DNA of 56,409 bases, filler included, from Sphacelaria rigidula (Eukaryota), in NCBI GenBank assembly GCA_964200075.2. It is 4 parts of 4 records of this genome, joined end to end, with 100 filler letters (N's around TTAATTAATTAA, not from the genome) between each part and the next. Parts side by side here need not be neighbours in the genome. Positions count along the whole stretch, not along the records: positions 28,257 to 42,283 come from CAXNAA020002502.1; positions 42,384 to 56,409 come from CAXNAA020002503.1; 2 more parts are not named here. One strand, given 5' to 3'. How positions within the stretch are numbered: the first letter of the stretch is position 1; each line of letters opens with the position of its first letter. Positions 36,401 to 47,884 of the stretch are shown in pieces. The translations under genes and the position numbers were made by a program. The notes beneath the pieces were generated by a model. It was not told where the DNA came from, did no database searches, and saw only the letters and a program-made list of their open reading frames with translations.

Positions 36401-39400
36401 CAAGTCCTCCCTGCCCCAGCACCTGCACTGAGTGTGAATTCCCACGGACCGTCGACTTTGATGGGATCATCTTTCCGAGTGGCTGTTCACAACATCATCT
36501 TGCCGTTACACTACGTCAAGACCGACAAACCACACCCTCTCCCCAAATCTCCCGCGAACACCCGATGCAACACCGGATTTTTTCACGCTCAGCAGCATAC
36601 GGTTGTAGTCTCCCATACTACACGTCCAAACCTAGCACGCAAACAGTTTACCTGTGGGTTCTATCCAGAACTACAGTTGACACCCACCCGCTTTGAACGT
36701 TGGGCACACACACAGTGACTGCCGTTATACTGCGTACGTGCCGCTTCACTCGGGGTTGAGGTATTCGTCAAACCTTTACAGGGATAGGCGACGCCTCATC
36801 TACGTGTGAGTGACGGCGAGCTTAGATTTGAGACACTGAGTGAAAAGTCAGGAGCTGGCTTACCCGCCGCTGTATTCACTTGTGGAAAGGAGGCTGTTCG
36901 CGTCGTCGTCGTATCCCCATCCGTACGGCTGGTAGGACATCATGTCCTGGTCGAAACCGTTGTAGTCGCCCCAGCTAGACGAACCCTTGAGCTGAATTTG
37001 ATATAACAGCGGATTGATGAGAAAAGAAACACACGCGCGGTAGGTACGGATTGAGTCAGCAAGGTCAAATTCGCACCTCATACAGTCAAGCACCAATATT
37101 AGCTGTCATCAGAGCCATAATCTCAAAAATATTCCTTGTTAATCAACATCACTAGCCGAATTCAAGTTTGTAGCCGTTTTTTCTTGGGTACGTCCATCAT
37201 GAGACCACGGCTGGACCCCTGGGGGGTCAGTTAAAGTGCGACAACCAACCAATTAAAATCAATCAGCAATCGATACACATACGAACAAACCAACGGACAA
37301 GAACAACAGAAGGTCAACGACAAGGTTGACATAAAAACGTCGAGGGGGGAAGACTTACTGCTCCCGGTTCGTCACACTGTCCGTCCTGAGCAAAGGAGCA
37401 ACTGTCCTCGCACATTGCAGTTAGGCTGTCCGGTCGCACTTCCGCGATTTTGACCCCTGGTTGTACAATAAGCGCACGCGACGATTGCTGGAAATATCAA
37501 GAGATGAGTAGCGCGGTTTTTGCTGATCCAACCCCCATAAGCTGTGACATGATTGATTTCAGGCGACACCCAACAACAACAACGACAAGCTGGCTCCCAT
37601 TTTCTGCACGAAAATACCCCAAAGGGGCTCTAGGTAATGCCGGAAAGAGGTCATCATAGCTTTACAACCACTGACACGAGCATCAAATAACTGTGAATCA
37701 CTGAGGCACCCACTCGTTACTTGACACACTCTGTTTTTCAAGACGCCAAATGTCGCGTCCACGCAATACTTGCACGCGTACAAATGGCTCGGCTTGGGGG
37801 TGCGATAAGTATTAATATCAAAATTATTTTGGTGGGTGTTGCATGTCCTTCTCATGCCTTAGTCCCATGTAGCACTGCAGCACTGCAGAAGCGTATCAAG
37901 CAGGCGAAATAATACCAACAGGTGATACAGTTGCCGTCATTACAGCGGTACGTATACAAACAGCAGATGCAAGCCAATCGCAATAGCAGCGCACTCACCT
38001 CCGGGGAACGCGATAACCCCCGCGCCGGTGTCGATCGACATGAGCTTGATCACCTTCTCCTGCCCTTCGCTCACATCAGCCCATTGGTCACCCGTTAGCT
38101 GGAGGCTGAACACGCCGTTGTGCCAGTTATCCTGTGACCCAAAACAATAGATGGGACTCAAGCTTCAGTGGGCAAGCCTACGGGAAAGATCATCTTCCAC
38201 ACCGACATGAAGGCATACAAGGTCATGTTCTCTGCAGCGATCAGGGCTGCTTGAACACAGCTTGTGCCGGGTGTTCGAATACGACAAAACTGCGACAGGT
38301 GATACACTCATTAGACTAGGCAGTGCTGGACTTCGCATCACGGTAAATACATTCCTGCAAAACCGGTGACAGTGTAACAGCGATATGGCAATAAGCGAGG
38401 ATTGCAAACATTTCCACCACATTCCACTTCAAGCTGCGGTGGTACACGCAGAGGGCTTTTGTGGAAGCACGGTGTAACTGCATGTACACTTTAAATAACC
38501 CCCCCCCCCCCCCACCTTGCCCCCCCCACCTGGATCTTGTAGGTGGAAGAGGGAATACCGTCGAGAAGGATGCTGGGCGCTTGTCCGGGGTCCTCGACAG
38601 AACCGAAGCCCGACCCACGCACCGGGAAGCTCTTGGTGTGCGAAGCGTAGATGAGCATTTCGGCATCATTAACCACGGGGTCCTCCAAGATGGTGGCCAC
38701 CTTCACACCCTTGCCGGCCGCCAGTTGCACCTAATCATCGCACAAGCACGCCCGCAATAACTCCTTAGAGAATGTGGGGCGAAGTACCTGATTTTATCAC
38801 GCCCCACAGCACCACCACCAACAAGCCTGCAAAATATGCACATAGGGAAATCTACGCTCGCGCTGCTCTTGTGTTCACGATAGACATACAAGAGACATTT
38901 TACTGCTCCGTCTTAATCACCCACTGTACTGCCCCACCCTCCCACCCTGCACCCAGGGTGGCAGAACTGTGCTCCATGCCATGCGCCATGCTTTGGATTC
39001 CTCCGACTGCATCAGATTTCCAGGATAGTACCGGAGCTTCGTCAGGTCCATCTAGGCCATTCGGAGGGTCTCGTGGAAACTTTTGGGGAGGACAGACATG
39101 ACGTGCACACACAGCTACTCTGTGGGTATATCAGGAGCGCGTCGTAAATGCTCACATCTCCGTCGCCAACGTTGATGCCCTTGAGTAGCAGAGCACCCGG
39201 GAACTTGTTCCACATAGACCCCTTTACCAAGGACAGTTTAAGCTCCGTGTCACTGGCCACTTCCAGCGTGTAGTTGGCGGGGGACCAGATGGGGGGATCG
39301 AAGTTAAGCACCGGTTCGCCCTTGAAGCCAGCGCCAAAGATCGTGAGAGGTTTGTCAGACGAAGACTGCGGAAGATAGATCGGGCGGGGCGCGGGCGGCG

Positions 39401-41734
39401 GCGGTGGGGGAAACGGACAAGAGATGAGCACTTGATATTCGGGGTGTGCTTGCTGCACGAGGAGTCGCGGCGTGTGTTCTACATTTACAGCACAGATTCA
39501 AGTAGGTTCCAAAGAACTGTCCCCAACTCGTGGAGCATGGCAAAGGCATACAGCGAACCCAAAAAATCCAAGGGCCGGGCATGGACGGACTTATTCGTAG
39601 CTTGCCTTAGTCGTTGACCATTGACCGTACGCATCCCTCGTCATTCCTACTACTCCTATTGGAGACACCTCCAACATTTGGGCGCCCATGCATTTTTGTA
39701 TTTCACCGTTCATATGATTAGCACGCTTGCTACTCCACGTGCTGTACATTTACGTGACAAGGACACATCAAGGTAAAACCGAAACGACTAGTATGGGAAA
39801 AGAGTGAACTCATGTTTCATCGCTGGGCGTGCCGAGTATGGATACCCGCCCTCACACAGGCATCAAAGTACGGTGGGGAGATCCATCAGGCTACAAAACA
39901 TGTGTACAGCAAACACTTGAGTCAACTGCGGTTCATCAGAGGCCGAGCGTTCGACTTCTCAAACACCCAGCCCTGAGGTTTCAACACGAGTATCCCGATA
40001 CTCCCGAAGCTTTGGCCTTCAGTGCAGCTAATTCAGCACATACCAAACTGAAAAAAGCAACATGAGTAGCCTACTGTGCACCAGCGTACCTGGTACTTGG
40101 GCTGTCCGTAGTACGGTTGGACGTGCACACCGCTCTCGTGCACTTCAGTGTCGGCCACTACGGTAGCCACTTGCACGGGGGAGTCAAACTTCACCATACC
40201 GGCGCCGGTGTTCATGCCCTGTCGCGTTGCAATATACAAGCAGGGGAAATGCAAGTTGCCGAGCGAATACATCATCAGTTTCCGGGTTCAACTTTCGGTC
40301 TTGTAGTGCACCGTATTTGTTCCAACGTGATGGACTCGGCTACTGCTGCTGCTTCATGACACCGAGTCCTGGCTAACTTGTGTTCTTCAATTCTACACAA
40401 CGAGCATCTACATATCGCGCATAGCACAACACGTAGCTGGAGCGCACAGATCGTCCCTCAGGTTCCGAGCGTCAGGTTTGTTTTCTCAGCAAACTTTTAC
40501 GCGTGTTTGATGAACATACAAGCGACAGTGATATAAGACTCATTTGGGGATACATTACTGGTCATTGTGACTGCAAATCGCCTGAAAGCCATGCTGATTC
40601 AGTGTGACCCGTGTTGGGGCGTGTCCTACCTCTTCTTTTTTTTTTTTCGGTGGAACATTCATTCTTCGCGACATGGGTCCAATCGAACTTGCAAATTCTC
40701 CATCGAAAAAGACAGTGACATTCGTGAAGCGGTACTTGAGCGCTTGTCCAAAGTTCAGGTAGTACTGTATTTATTGTCTGCACTATCCGCGTACATTTGT
40801 GCCTCGAGTGTGTGCGCGTGCATGCAAAAGGCGCGGTTGGCACATCGTCCTCGACAGCTGCCCTCTCGGGTGTGAGCCGGACGCAAGGATGCGAAAGATA
40901 AGCGGGCAACGTGCAGCACAGACAGCACAGGACTATCTATTTACTCTCCGAACACAGTGCGACATGAAAAGGACTTGAACAACGTGCAGCTTCGTAGTAC
41001 CTGCACTGTCCATGACCGTACACGCGAGTCGGTCGCCCACCCCACCACGTAGTTCCGTGGCCGGTCCATGAACGAAAATGCTCAACTTTTCGCCAAAAAT
41101 AAACGAATCACACTCAACTGCTGCAGTGCATATATCCCCGTGCCAAACTCGTGCTCTATGCTGCAGTTGCGGTGGTGGCTGGGACTGAATTGTGTGGGGT
41201 TTGCACGTTTGTGTCACGTGGTGTCTTCCGCCGTGGTGGTCTGCGAAATAGGAGTCGAGTGCCCCTGCGTGTTTTTCCTCCGCATGTTTTCAATCGAAAA
41301 AGCTCAAGCTTATAGTTTGTTTGTTTTTTTCCCCATTCCGCGCCATCGATGACATCCAATAGTTGGAAGCCAGCTTGGAACAGAGATGCGGGGGATCTGT
41401 CAGGTTGAACATGTTTTCTCCCGCTGATTTTTTTTTTATTGAAAAAAATGTGCCAAGACACGCACGTCCTCACCGTTCGCTGCGTTCCTTCCGACTGACT
41501 TGTCATTCCCCCCCAAGATATATGTATAGATGTATGGCACTATCAAGAATCTTTTGACACACCGCATCCGTAGCCTACACACAGACGTGCGCCATGACTG
41601 AACTCGAGTTCATCCAAAACCTCAGGTGAGGGGTACACTCTCACCGTGATGGAGAGGGGGCCGAGCTTGTCCTCCGCGGCCCACTGAGAAGCTACCGAGG
41701 ACAAAGTCAGCTTAACACTCGTTCGGTTGACCAC
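30386..41734 (-). CDS. Uncharacterised type-I membrane protein: IPT/TIG-like repeats, two 6-Cys (LNR-like) modules, TM helix, short cytosolic tail; 12 exons, 543 aa, 5'-partial
   Basis: Exons 41645-41734, 40090-40218, 39156-39365, 38530-38730, 37999-38131, 37359-37456, 36864-36991, 35933-36056, 34584-34688, 33885-34067, 32609-32764 and 30386-30460 are all AG/GT-bounded and phase-compatible; together 1632 nt ending in TAA. Confidence 0.88.
32609..32764 (-). CDS. Membrane protein exon (transmembrane helix)
   Basis: EPPGAGTIFVDVLWAMVVLVGCSVSIGGAMVAYRHFKAGGGGAAMYLPVQAA. Confidence 0.85.
32857..33116. mobile_element. hAT-like MITE (260 bp), intronic
   Basis: TIR CAAGGGTCGGACGAATC / GATTCGTCCTAACCGTG; TSD CAAGATGT/CAAGATTT (7/8 match); a second partial copy lies at 42196-42283. 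Confidence 0.7.
33885..34067 (-). CDS. Membrane protein exon (acidic juxtamembrane linker)
   Basis: DCGEWGDAGSNYTDTSFYVSRQWFDDDDWELLANDD...HHVKHP. Confidence 0.83.
34584..34688 (-). CDS. Membrane protein exon (Cys module 2)
   Basis: FIPDGTCENTCQHARDGACDDPRMGGTCPAGSDCQ. Confidence 0.87.
35933..36056 (-). CDS. Membrane protein exon (insert plus Cys module 1, second half)
   Basis: YRYAGYEMTYHAYGEGMTDDGFYNALAPCELGTDCSDCGVK. Confidence 0.85.
36864..36991 (-). CDS. Membrane protein exon (Y/G/D-rich insert)
   Basis: LKGSSSWGDYNGFDQDMMSYQPYGWGYDDDANSLLSTSEYSGG. Confidence 0.8.
37177..37264 (+). mobile_element. RTE-LINE 3' terminal fragment
   Basis: Matches 3411-3498. Confidence 0.75.
37359..37456 (-). 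CDS. Membrane protein exon (Cys module 1, first half)
   Basis: GVKIAEVRPDSLTAMCEDSCSFAQDGQCDEPGA. Confidence 0.85.
37999..38131 (-). CDS. Membrane protein exon
   Basis: DNWHNGVFSLQLTGDQW...IDTGAGVIAFPG. Confidence 0.88.
38530..38730 (-). CDS. Membrane protein exon
   Basis: VQLAAGKGVKVATILEDP...VRGSGF...YKIQ. Confidence 0.88.
39156..39365 (-). CDS. Membrane protein exon (IPT-like repeat)
   Basis: SSSDKPLTIFGAGFKGEPVLNFDPP...INVGDGD. Confidence 0.88.
40090..40218 (-). CDS. Membrane protein exon
   Basis: GMNTGAGMVKFDSPVQVATVVAD...QPKYQ. Confidence 0.85.
41645..41734 (-). CDS. Membrane protein exon (IPT-like repeat)
   Basis: VVNRTSVKLTLSSVASQWAAEDKLGPLSIT. Confidence 0.8.
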
Positions 41735-42283
41735 CTGGTCCACGCGAAGAAAAAGCAAGCACACATCAACAGTCCGAGACGATTGTGGGAGGAAAGGTGA
41801 GTACGCAAAACTACACACCAAACCGGGAAACAAACGCGATGCCCAGAAGGAAACGGAACTCTTGAAGCAAGCTTGCTGGCGGCCGAAAAGAGGCATACCG
41901 TGCGGCGTCTCATGCTCAAGCACTACCCCCTGAGACATCACAATGACACGGTGAGACGAAAATCGCGCCGCATGGCGTTCAGCGCAGGAAGAGCGAAATG
42001 GCGTCAGAGCAGAGGACCTACCGAACGGCAGTGAACTTGTTCGGCCTCACGTGCAGAAATGCAGTGCAGTACACGAAATGGGTTACACAAGCCGAACATC
42101 GACGTCGATGGGCGTTAAACCCATCAATGAGCACGAGAACCAAACACCAGTTGTACTCAATTCTTCTCGATCCTACGATACAAAGTACAGTATTGCACGG
42201 TTAGGACGAATCATCACGACCACGAATCACCAAATCCACGATTTCTTCGGCCTGGTTGCCCTAAAGGGCGAAAGAACTTTGAC

Positions 42284-42383
42284 NNNNNNNNNNNNNNNNN
42301 NNNNNNNNNNNNNNNNNNNNNNNNNNNTTAATTAATTAANNNNNNNNNNNNNNNNNNNNNNNNNNNNNNNNNNNNNNNNNNNN
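42284..42383. other. Artificial contig linker
   Basis: N44-TTAATTAATTAA-N44. Confidence 0.98.
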
Positions 42384-42599
42384 ACATCTGTCACCCAAGA
42401 TCAGATTGCCATGTGGACTCCTCCCATCACGGGCACATGGACTTCAGCAGCTTTAGTTGTTTATGTATTAACCCTCAGCATAGTACAGGATAACAGGACC
42501 GTATAGCCTCTCTCCACCAGAGTGACAAAACCAAGCCTACTCGCCATGGAGGTCACCATCACAGAGTCCGGCAATCAGACCCGCAACCCCACCTACAAT

Positions 42600-44345
42600 G
42601 TCCCTGACCTTAGGTAAGAATGGTGGCTAGGTCTACACCTGTCAGGAGTTCGGTCTGATAGTGGCGGAGAGTACAACAAAGTCCATGCGCCTGTGGTCGG
42701 CATTCAGCTCTGCAGAGAACATCAGCGCGGCCGTTCAACGGCATGAACAGGCGGCCAAGTCTGTTTATCTTGGCAGTACTGTCAGCGCGGATGCGAAACT
42801 CTCCACCGAAATAAATCACCCCATCAGCGCAGCGAGAGCACGCCTCCAAACGTATAGTGCCCAGTGCTGCTACGGTAGGGATGTACATTTGTTTCCTGAG
42901 GATCTGCACTTCCGGAATCTCTCGATGACAAATATCTGGGCCGTAGTGTGCAGCTTCAGAAAACATTTAGATTAAAAAGTGCACCCCTACCGTGAAATTA
43001 CTCTTCTCCAACTCCACGATCGACCCAACGCCCACCTATCCTTGAAAATCGTGCTGCTTAAAGCCGAGGTGGTGGATGCTCTGTTGTACGGATGAGTTGT
43101 ATGAACGCTACGTTCCGAGGACTTCAACAGTCTGCGCATTGCCCACCACCATTTTGGCTACGAGTGGTTGGATCCCCCAGGAAATACCGAACGGGCTAGC
43201 CTCTTTCCTACAGACCTGTGCTCGAGATGACCAACTGCGAGGTTATCCAGACGGCCATCCGGAAGCGTCCACTATGGTTCACGGGGGCCCTTGCCAGGCA
43301 GGACGATACACGTCGCTAGAACGCGTCATGCACGGACGGTTAGGCACACGAGGAGCCAAGGAGGCTGGCCGCTCCCCCGAACACTATAGTAGGGGAGCAA
43401 CCTGCGTACGCTAGGGGCCCTTCCACGCCAAGGAGCACAACGGAGATAGTTCATCTACGGTCTTGAGGTTAACAACACCTAAGGCTGGGTCGCTGCGGCG
43501 AAGAACACGGGCAAATGGGATCTTAGAGCCGAGAAAAGGGCATAAGGGTTCGGGGACACATGGCGAACCGAAGACAAACGCGAAACGGACCTCCGTCACA
43601 AACGAGAGGCTGCTGTGTCGAGAGCCGCCAATCGGAGAGCTACACTGCCAACACATCAAGAGCGACAGATCGTGAGGAATCCAGGATTGGAATGACCGAG
43701 AGGCCCGCTTTGTTCCCGGCTGGTTACGAATGGGAGATGAGGGCGAACACGGGAACCGATGTACCTCTATCTTTTCCTGTCGGTTCTTGATATTGTCCTT
43801 GCTCGGTGGTCTTGCGTTGTCGCCTGGTTTGCGTTTTTGTCCCTGCTCTACTGCAGCGTGTCCTTGGGCTTTGTCGCTTCTGCAGTCTCCCTCCTGCCTG
43901 TTTTCCCCCCTCCCTATCTCTCTTTCTCTCTGTATTTCTCCGTTCCGGTATAGGGAAGTCGCATCATGGTGCCTCGAGTCCGTCAGGTTCATGGGTGAGA
44001 GCTCATACGCAATCTAGTGTGGTCGACGTGGATGAACCGCAATCGCGATTGGGTATGAATCATGTGCTGCTGCGCAAGATTTTCTCCACTTATAGCCATG
44101 TCGCAGAAGCCAATCATCACTATTCTTTTGATTGTATCGGTTTGTTTGCTTGCTTGCTTGCTGTTTTGTTGGGTTTTCAGTCGACTACTCTTGCTCTACT
44201 CCACCGTTTTGTTTCCTGCACTTTCCTCCAGAGAGCGATTCCGATTTGTTTTGCCTCGAGTGCGTCTGTCATGTGGATAATGACCATGACTACATCGTGA
44301 CTCCTGGGGGAACAGCAAATGTGCGGCAATCACTCACTCACTCAG
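42600..44345 (+). mobile_element. Degenerate 5'-truncated RTE-type LINE
   Basis: CQEFGLIVAESTTKSM..YLGSTVSADAKLSTEIN..ISAA; LKIVLLKAEVVDALLYG; homology to 2628-3130; (CACT)n tail at ~44330; small IR element at 42871-42994. Confidence 0.85.
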
Positions 44346-46271
44346 CTCATTGGTCGATCAAACCATCGAAGGGAGACAACAGTGAAGCGGAAGAACAGTG
44401 ACGAGGTACAATACAACATAAAAAACAGTGGTGGAACAACACGTGGGGCATACATATCATACACATATGGCAAAATCAAATCACCAAGGTACGGACACCG
44501 TTACGTCAAAACACCTCACCCGCCCCAATCACAACAACCATATGCATATACAGCTCTCTAGTACACCGTTCGCCAACCCCCTCTGAAATTCTCCTCCCCT
44601 CCGTCTTTTCATGGCAATTACCAGATTCCTCGAACGAGTAAAGTCTGAACATCAACATGCTACAGGGAATAGCTGCGTCCCTCCTTTTGAAACGAAAGCA
44701 CAGACCCCCCCCCCCCCGCCGCCGCCGTTCTGCCTCCGTTGCTAATCTCGGTGAAGATACATATCGCATGTATGTAATACCACTCGAGCACGATGCCCTG
44801 ATGAAACACCAACGTAACCAATGTGGACGAATACCGTACACATGTACGACTAGCATGTTCTGAACTGGCTCGAGATTTCCGCGCAGGTACACCGCATCAC
44901 CCTTCATTGTCGCAATCCCAAACAACATTTTCCAAACTCATCGATCTTGTCCACACGCAATAGTGCAGGTCATGTATCGACAGGTCACGACGGGATGTTG
45001 CCGATGATACAGCTATATATCGGTGTCATGAGTACCATCGCTGTCAAGAACACGGAATCCGAAAAATGATATTTTCCAGGGGGTGTGATCACAACAAAAC
45101 GTTTTTGGATATCCCTCATTCACACAAGCTCAGCGTTTTCGGTAACAATGAAATTTTGTTCAACACCAGCGGCATGCGTTGACACTGATGGACAGGCGTC
45201 CCCGAGCGGAACGACGCCTGTAACACATACGTAGTCATTTATATTTCCGGACTGTACACAACAACACGCCCCCTGGAAACAAGTAGAATGGAGGACATAA
45301 CAAACAGCCCGGCGAACGCCGTAACGAATAAACCATATTGCGCGCAATTTTAGATGTGGGAGGACTGCTACGTACGTGGCCCCATCCATGTCTGTGAAGG
45401 CGAGAAAATGTGACAACGAACTCGACAAAGTGATGGCATTTCTCGCCAAGGCGATACATGCGCACGAACCACAACCACGCATACACGAGATCCCATATGC
45501 GGCGGTACTAGCTTTTCGCCAAAACACTTAGTTTGCACCACACAGCGCTGGCCGGAGACAGAACGCACCCCGAAAGAAGCACCTAGCTCCGCAAACGAAG
45601 CGGAAGACAAACAGAACGCCAAATTACAATTTAGTCCTCGCCTGACCAGTGCTCTCGCCAGAAAAAACACAACGAGCGCAGTAAATGCAAAAAAACATTG
45701 AAAAAACACACCAAGAAAGTAGATAAAGTACTTTGCACTCGACCATCACTCCACTCAAACGCCGACCTACGCGAATCCCCAATCCGATAAAACATATACT
45801 CCGTATTGTGGAAGACACCTCTTTACAGTGACATATCAGAGACTGATACCACACATGTATAAAGAACCAGCGCATGCAGGTAAAAGATAGGCACGGTCCG
45901 AAAGGACCAGATTACCCGAACCCTGTAATCCTAACGGTACTAGACAACTCGGGGTGATGCCAGGAAGAGCCTGATCTCAGGACGGCCCACCATCCCCCGA
46001 GGTACGGATCACCCCACCGTGATCACCCTCATGTTTGACCCACTTCTTGCCTACATATGACAAGAGGAAATCATTGCCAGCCTCGGACTTCCTTCGGCAT
46101 CAGGACGATATCTCCAACGAAGTCTCCCCCGTAGGTGTTAGTATATGCTAGCGATACGCCTTCCTCACATTGGCGACACCAGAAAAAGAACTCAGGCAAG
46201 ACAGGCCGTAGCAGTAAAAAACTAGAACGAGAACCGAATGCTCCCCGACACCAGAAACACTCGGGTCCTCC

Positions 46272-46524
46272 GAGTCATCCCACCATAGGGGGGGGTATTT
46301 GATTGCACGAAAAAATAGGCTCAAAAGTGTGTCAGACGACCTGCCACACTCGCGGTGCGCTTGTATTTGCTTCAAAACGGTGTCAATCGGTATGAGCGAG
46401 CGTTATATATCTATCACAAGCTCGTTCGAGCAACCGTTGCTTTTTTCAAGGACGATTTGACTTGGAAGTTCGTGCAAGAAGTGGCCCAAAATACTCCCCC
46501 CCCCCCCCTATCGTAGGATGACTC
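46272..46524. mobile_element. MITE with GAG...CTC termini and 4-bp TSD (Sola-like)
   Basis: TIR GAGTCATCC.AC.ATAGGGG / CCCCTATCGTAGGATGACTC; TSD CTCC on both sides; second copy at 52037-52286. Confidence 0.75.
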
Positions 46525-46614
46525 CTCCAAGGAACGCTACTACTGCAGGTGAAACATATGGGTTATGTGCACATTTATTCGAGCTGAGAGGTTATTGGAG
46601 TAATGTGTTTGGGT

Positions 46615-46800
46615 AAACGCGAAATTAGCCTCCTCAGTGTGCATTATATATCACGCGCATGGCTAATCAAACAGCGAAACGCGAAATAAGACTCCTCAGT
46701 GTGCATTAAATGTCACCTATACGGCTAGTCAAACAGAGAAACGCGAAATTAGTCTCGTCAGCGTGCATTATTTGTCACCAGAATGGCCTATCAAACAGCG
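46615..46800. repeat. 62-bp tandem repeat x3
   Basis: AAACGCGAAAT.AG..TC.TCAG.GTGCATTA... units at 46615, 46677, 46739. Confidence 0.9.
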
Positions 46801-47884
46801 AAGCAACACTTATCAACCAACGTTTCACCAGCATAGCGCAAGAGGCACATCAACTAATCAAGCAGGCCGACCTCTGGAAACACGGTGGCTCGAAATAGCA
46901 CTGACAAAAACAAATTTACTCACCCTGCGAATGCAGTGCCTTGTCATTCCCTACACCTTAGCACCTTAGCAAGCGAAAGAAGGAGGTGTATGGGATGGTC
47001 TTACCGCATCCCAGCTCACAAGTTGAGAGAAGTTGAAAACTACAGACAGTTCAATATTTCACACCTCAGCACGCACGCAATGGAGAAAAGGATCAATCGT
47101 CTGGAAAAAAATATCGGAGAGAAGTGGGTACAGTTACTCCTTGAGGGAGGAGCCAAAACAGCCCCCAGCGGTGACGCGAAAGTACATGCTAGGATAAAGC
47201 AGAAGCTGAACAAGAGCACGATAAGAGTTGGTCCCTAAGCAGCCTTTGTACCAACAGTCGAAAAAGCGATACACCGGACGAGGGTCCATCATCGTCGAAA
47301 ATGAAGCTCAACTTGGTGAGGCTCATATCATGGTACTTTTGCGCCGTACCCCAATGAATTGGTAACATTACATTCCAAGTTGACACATGTTCAGCAATTA
47401 AAAAAGTAGTTGCTGTTGATTCCAAATCGAAATTGCTCATAACCCTTCTAAAAGATCATCCGGCCACATCTAGTTAAGAGTCGCAGCCAGAGTAAATGGT
47501 ACCCCAACTGAAACAAATTACAGTCGATTCAGCAGCAGAGGTACCATGTATCAGCAAAAGTTCATAGATGAATACCCGGCAATAATTGAAGCTGTGACGC
47601 CAGCCAGAAGGACTGGTGGATCACTGCTGTTGGAGGACTCCCCAGTCTTACTGGTCTCAGGTTCAGTTGTCAGCCTTTACAACATTCTCATTATTCAGGA
47701 GTGCCCTCGTTGGCACAGCCTCCTAGATACGCCAGGGTATCCACCTAGTGTCCCCGGTCATTACCCAGATCATCACTACCAACTCAACGTAACGGCGTAA
47801 TTTCGTCACAGCACCCCCAAAGCGCGTTGAACGGAAAACGATTAACAAGCTTGACACATAGACAACGCCAAAACGATGTGTAAG

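Noticed and set aside
38499-38530. Poly-G/C tracts as regulatory G-quadruplexes
   Set aside because: Such homopolymers are scattered through the window (e.g. 4982, 31757, 35029, 44706) with no specific support.
3911-41734. Functional cluster of UPRT, HSF and the membrane protein
   Set aside because: The genes lie on separate, artificially concatenated contigs.
46615-46800. CRISPR-like array
   Set aside because: The apparent spacers are homologous to each other, the context is a eukaryotic TE, and there are no cas genes.
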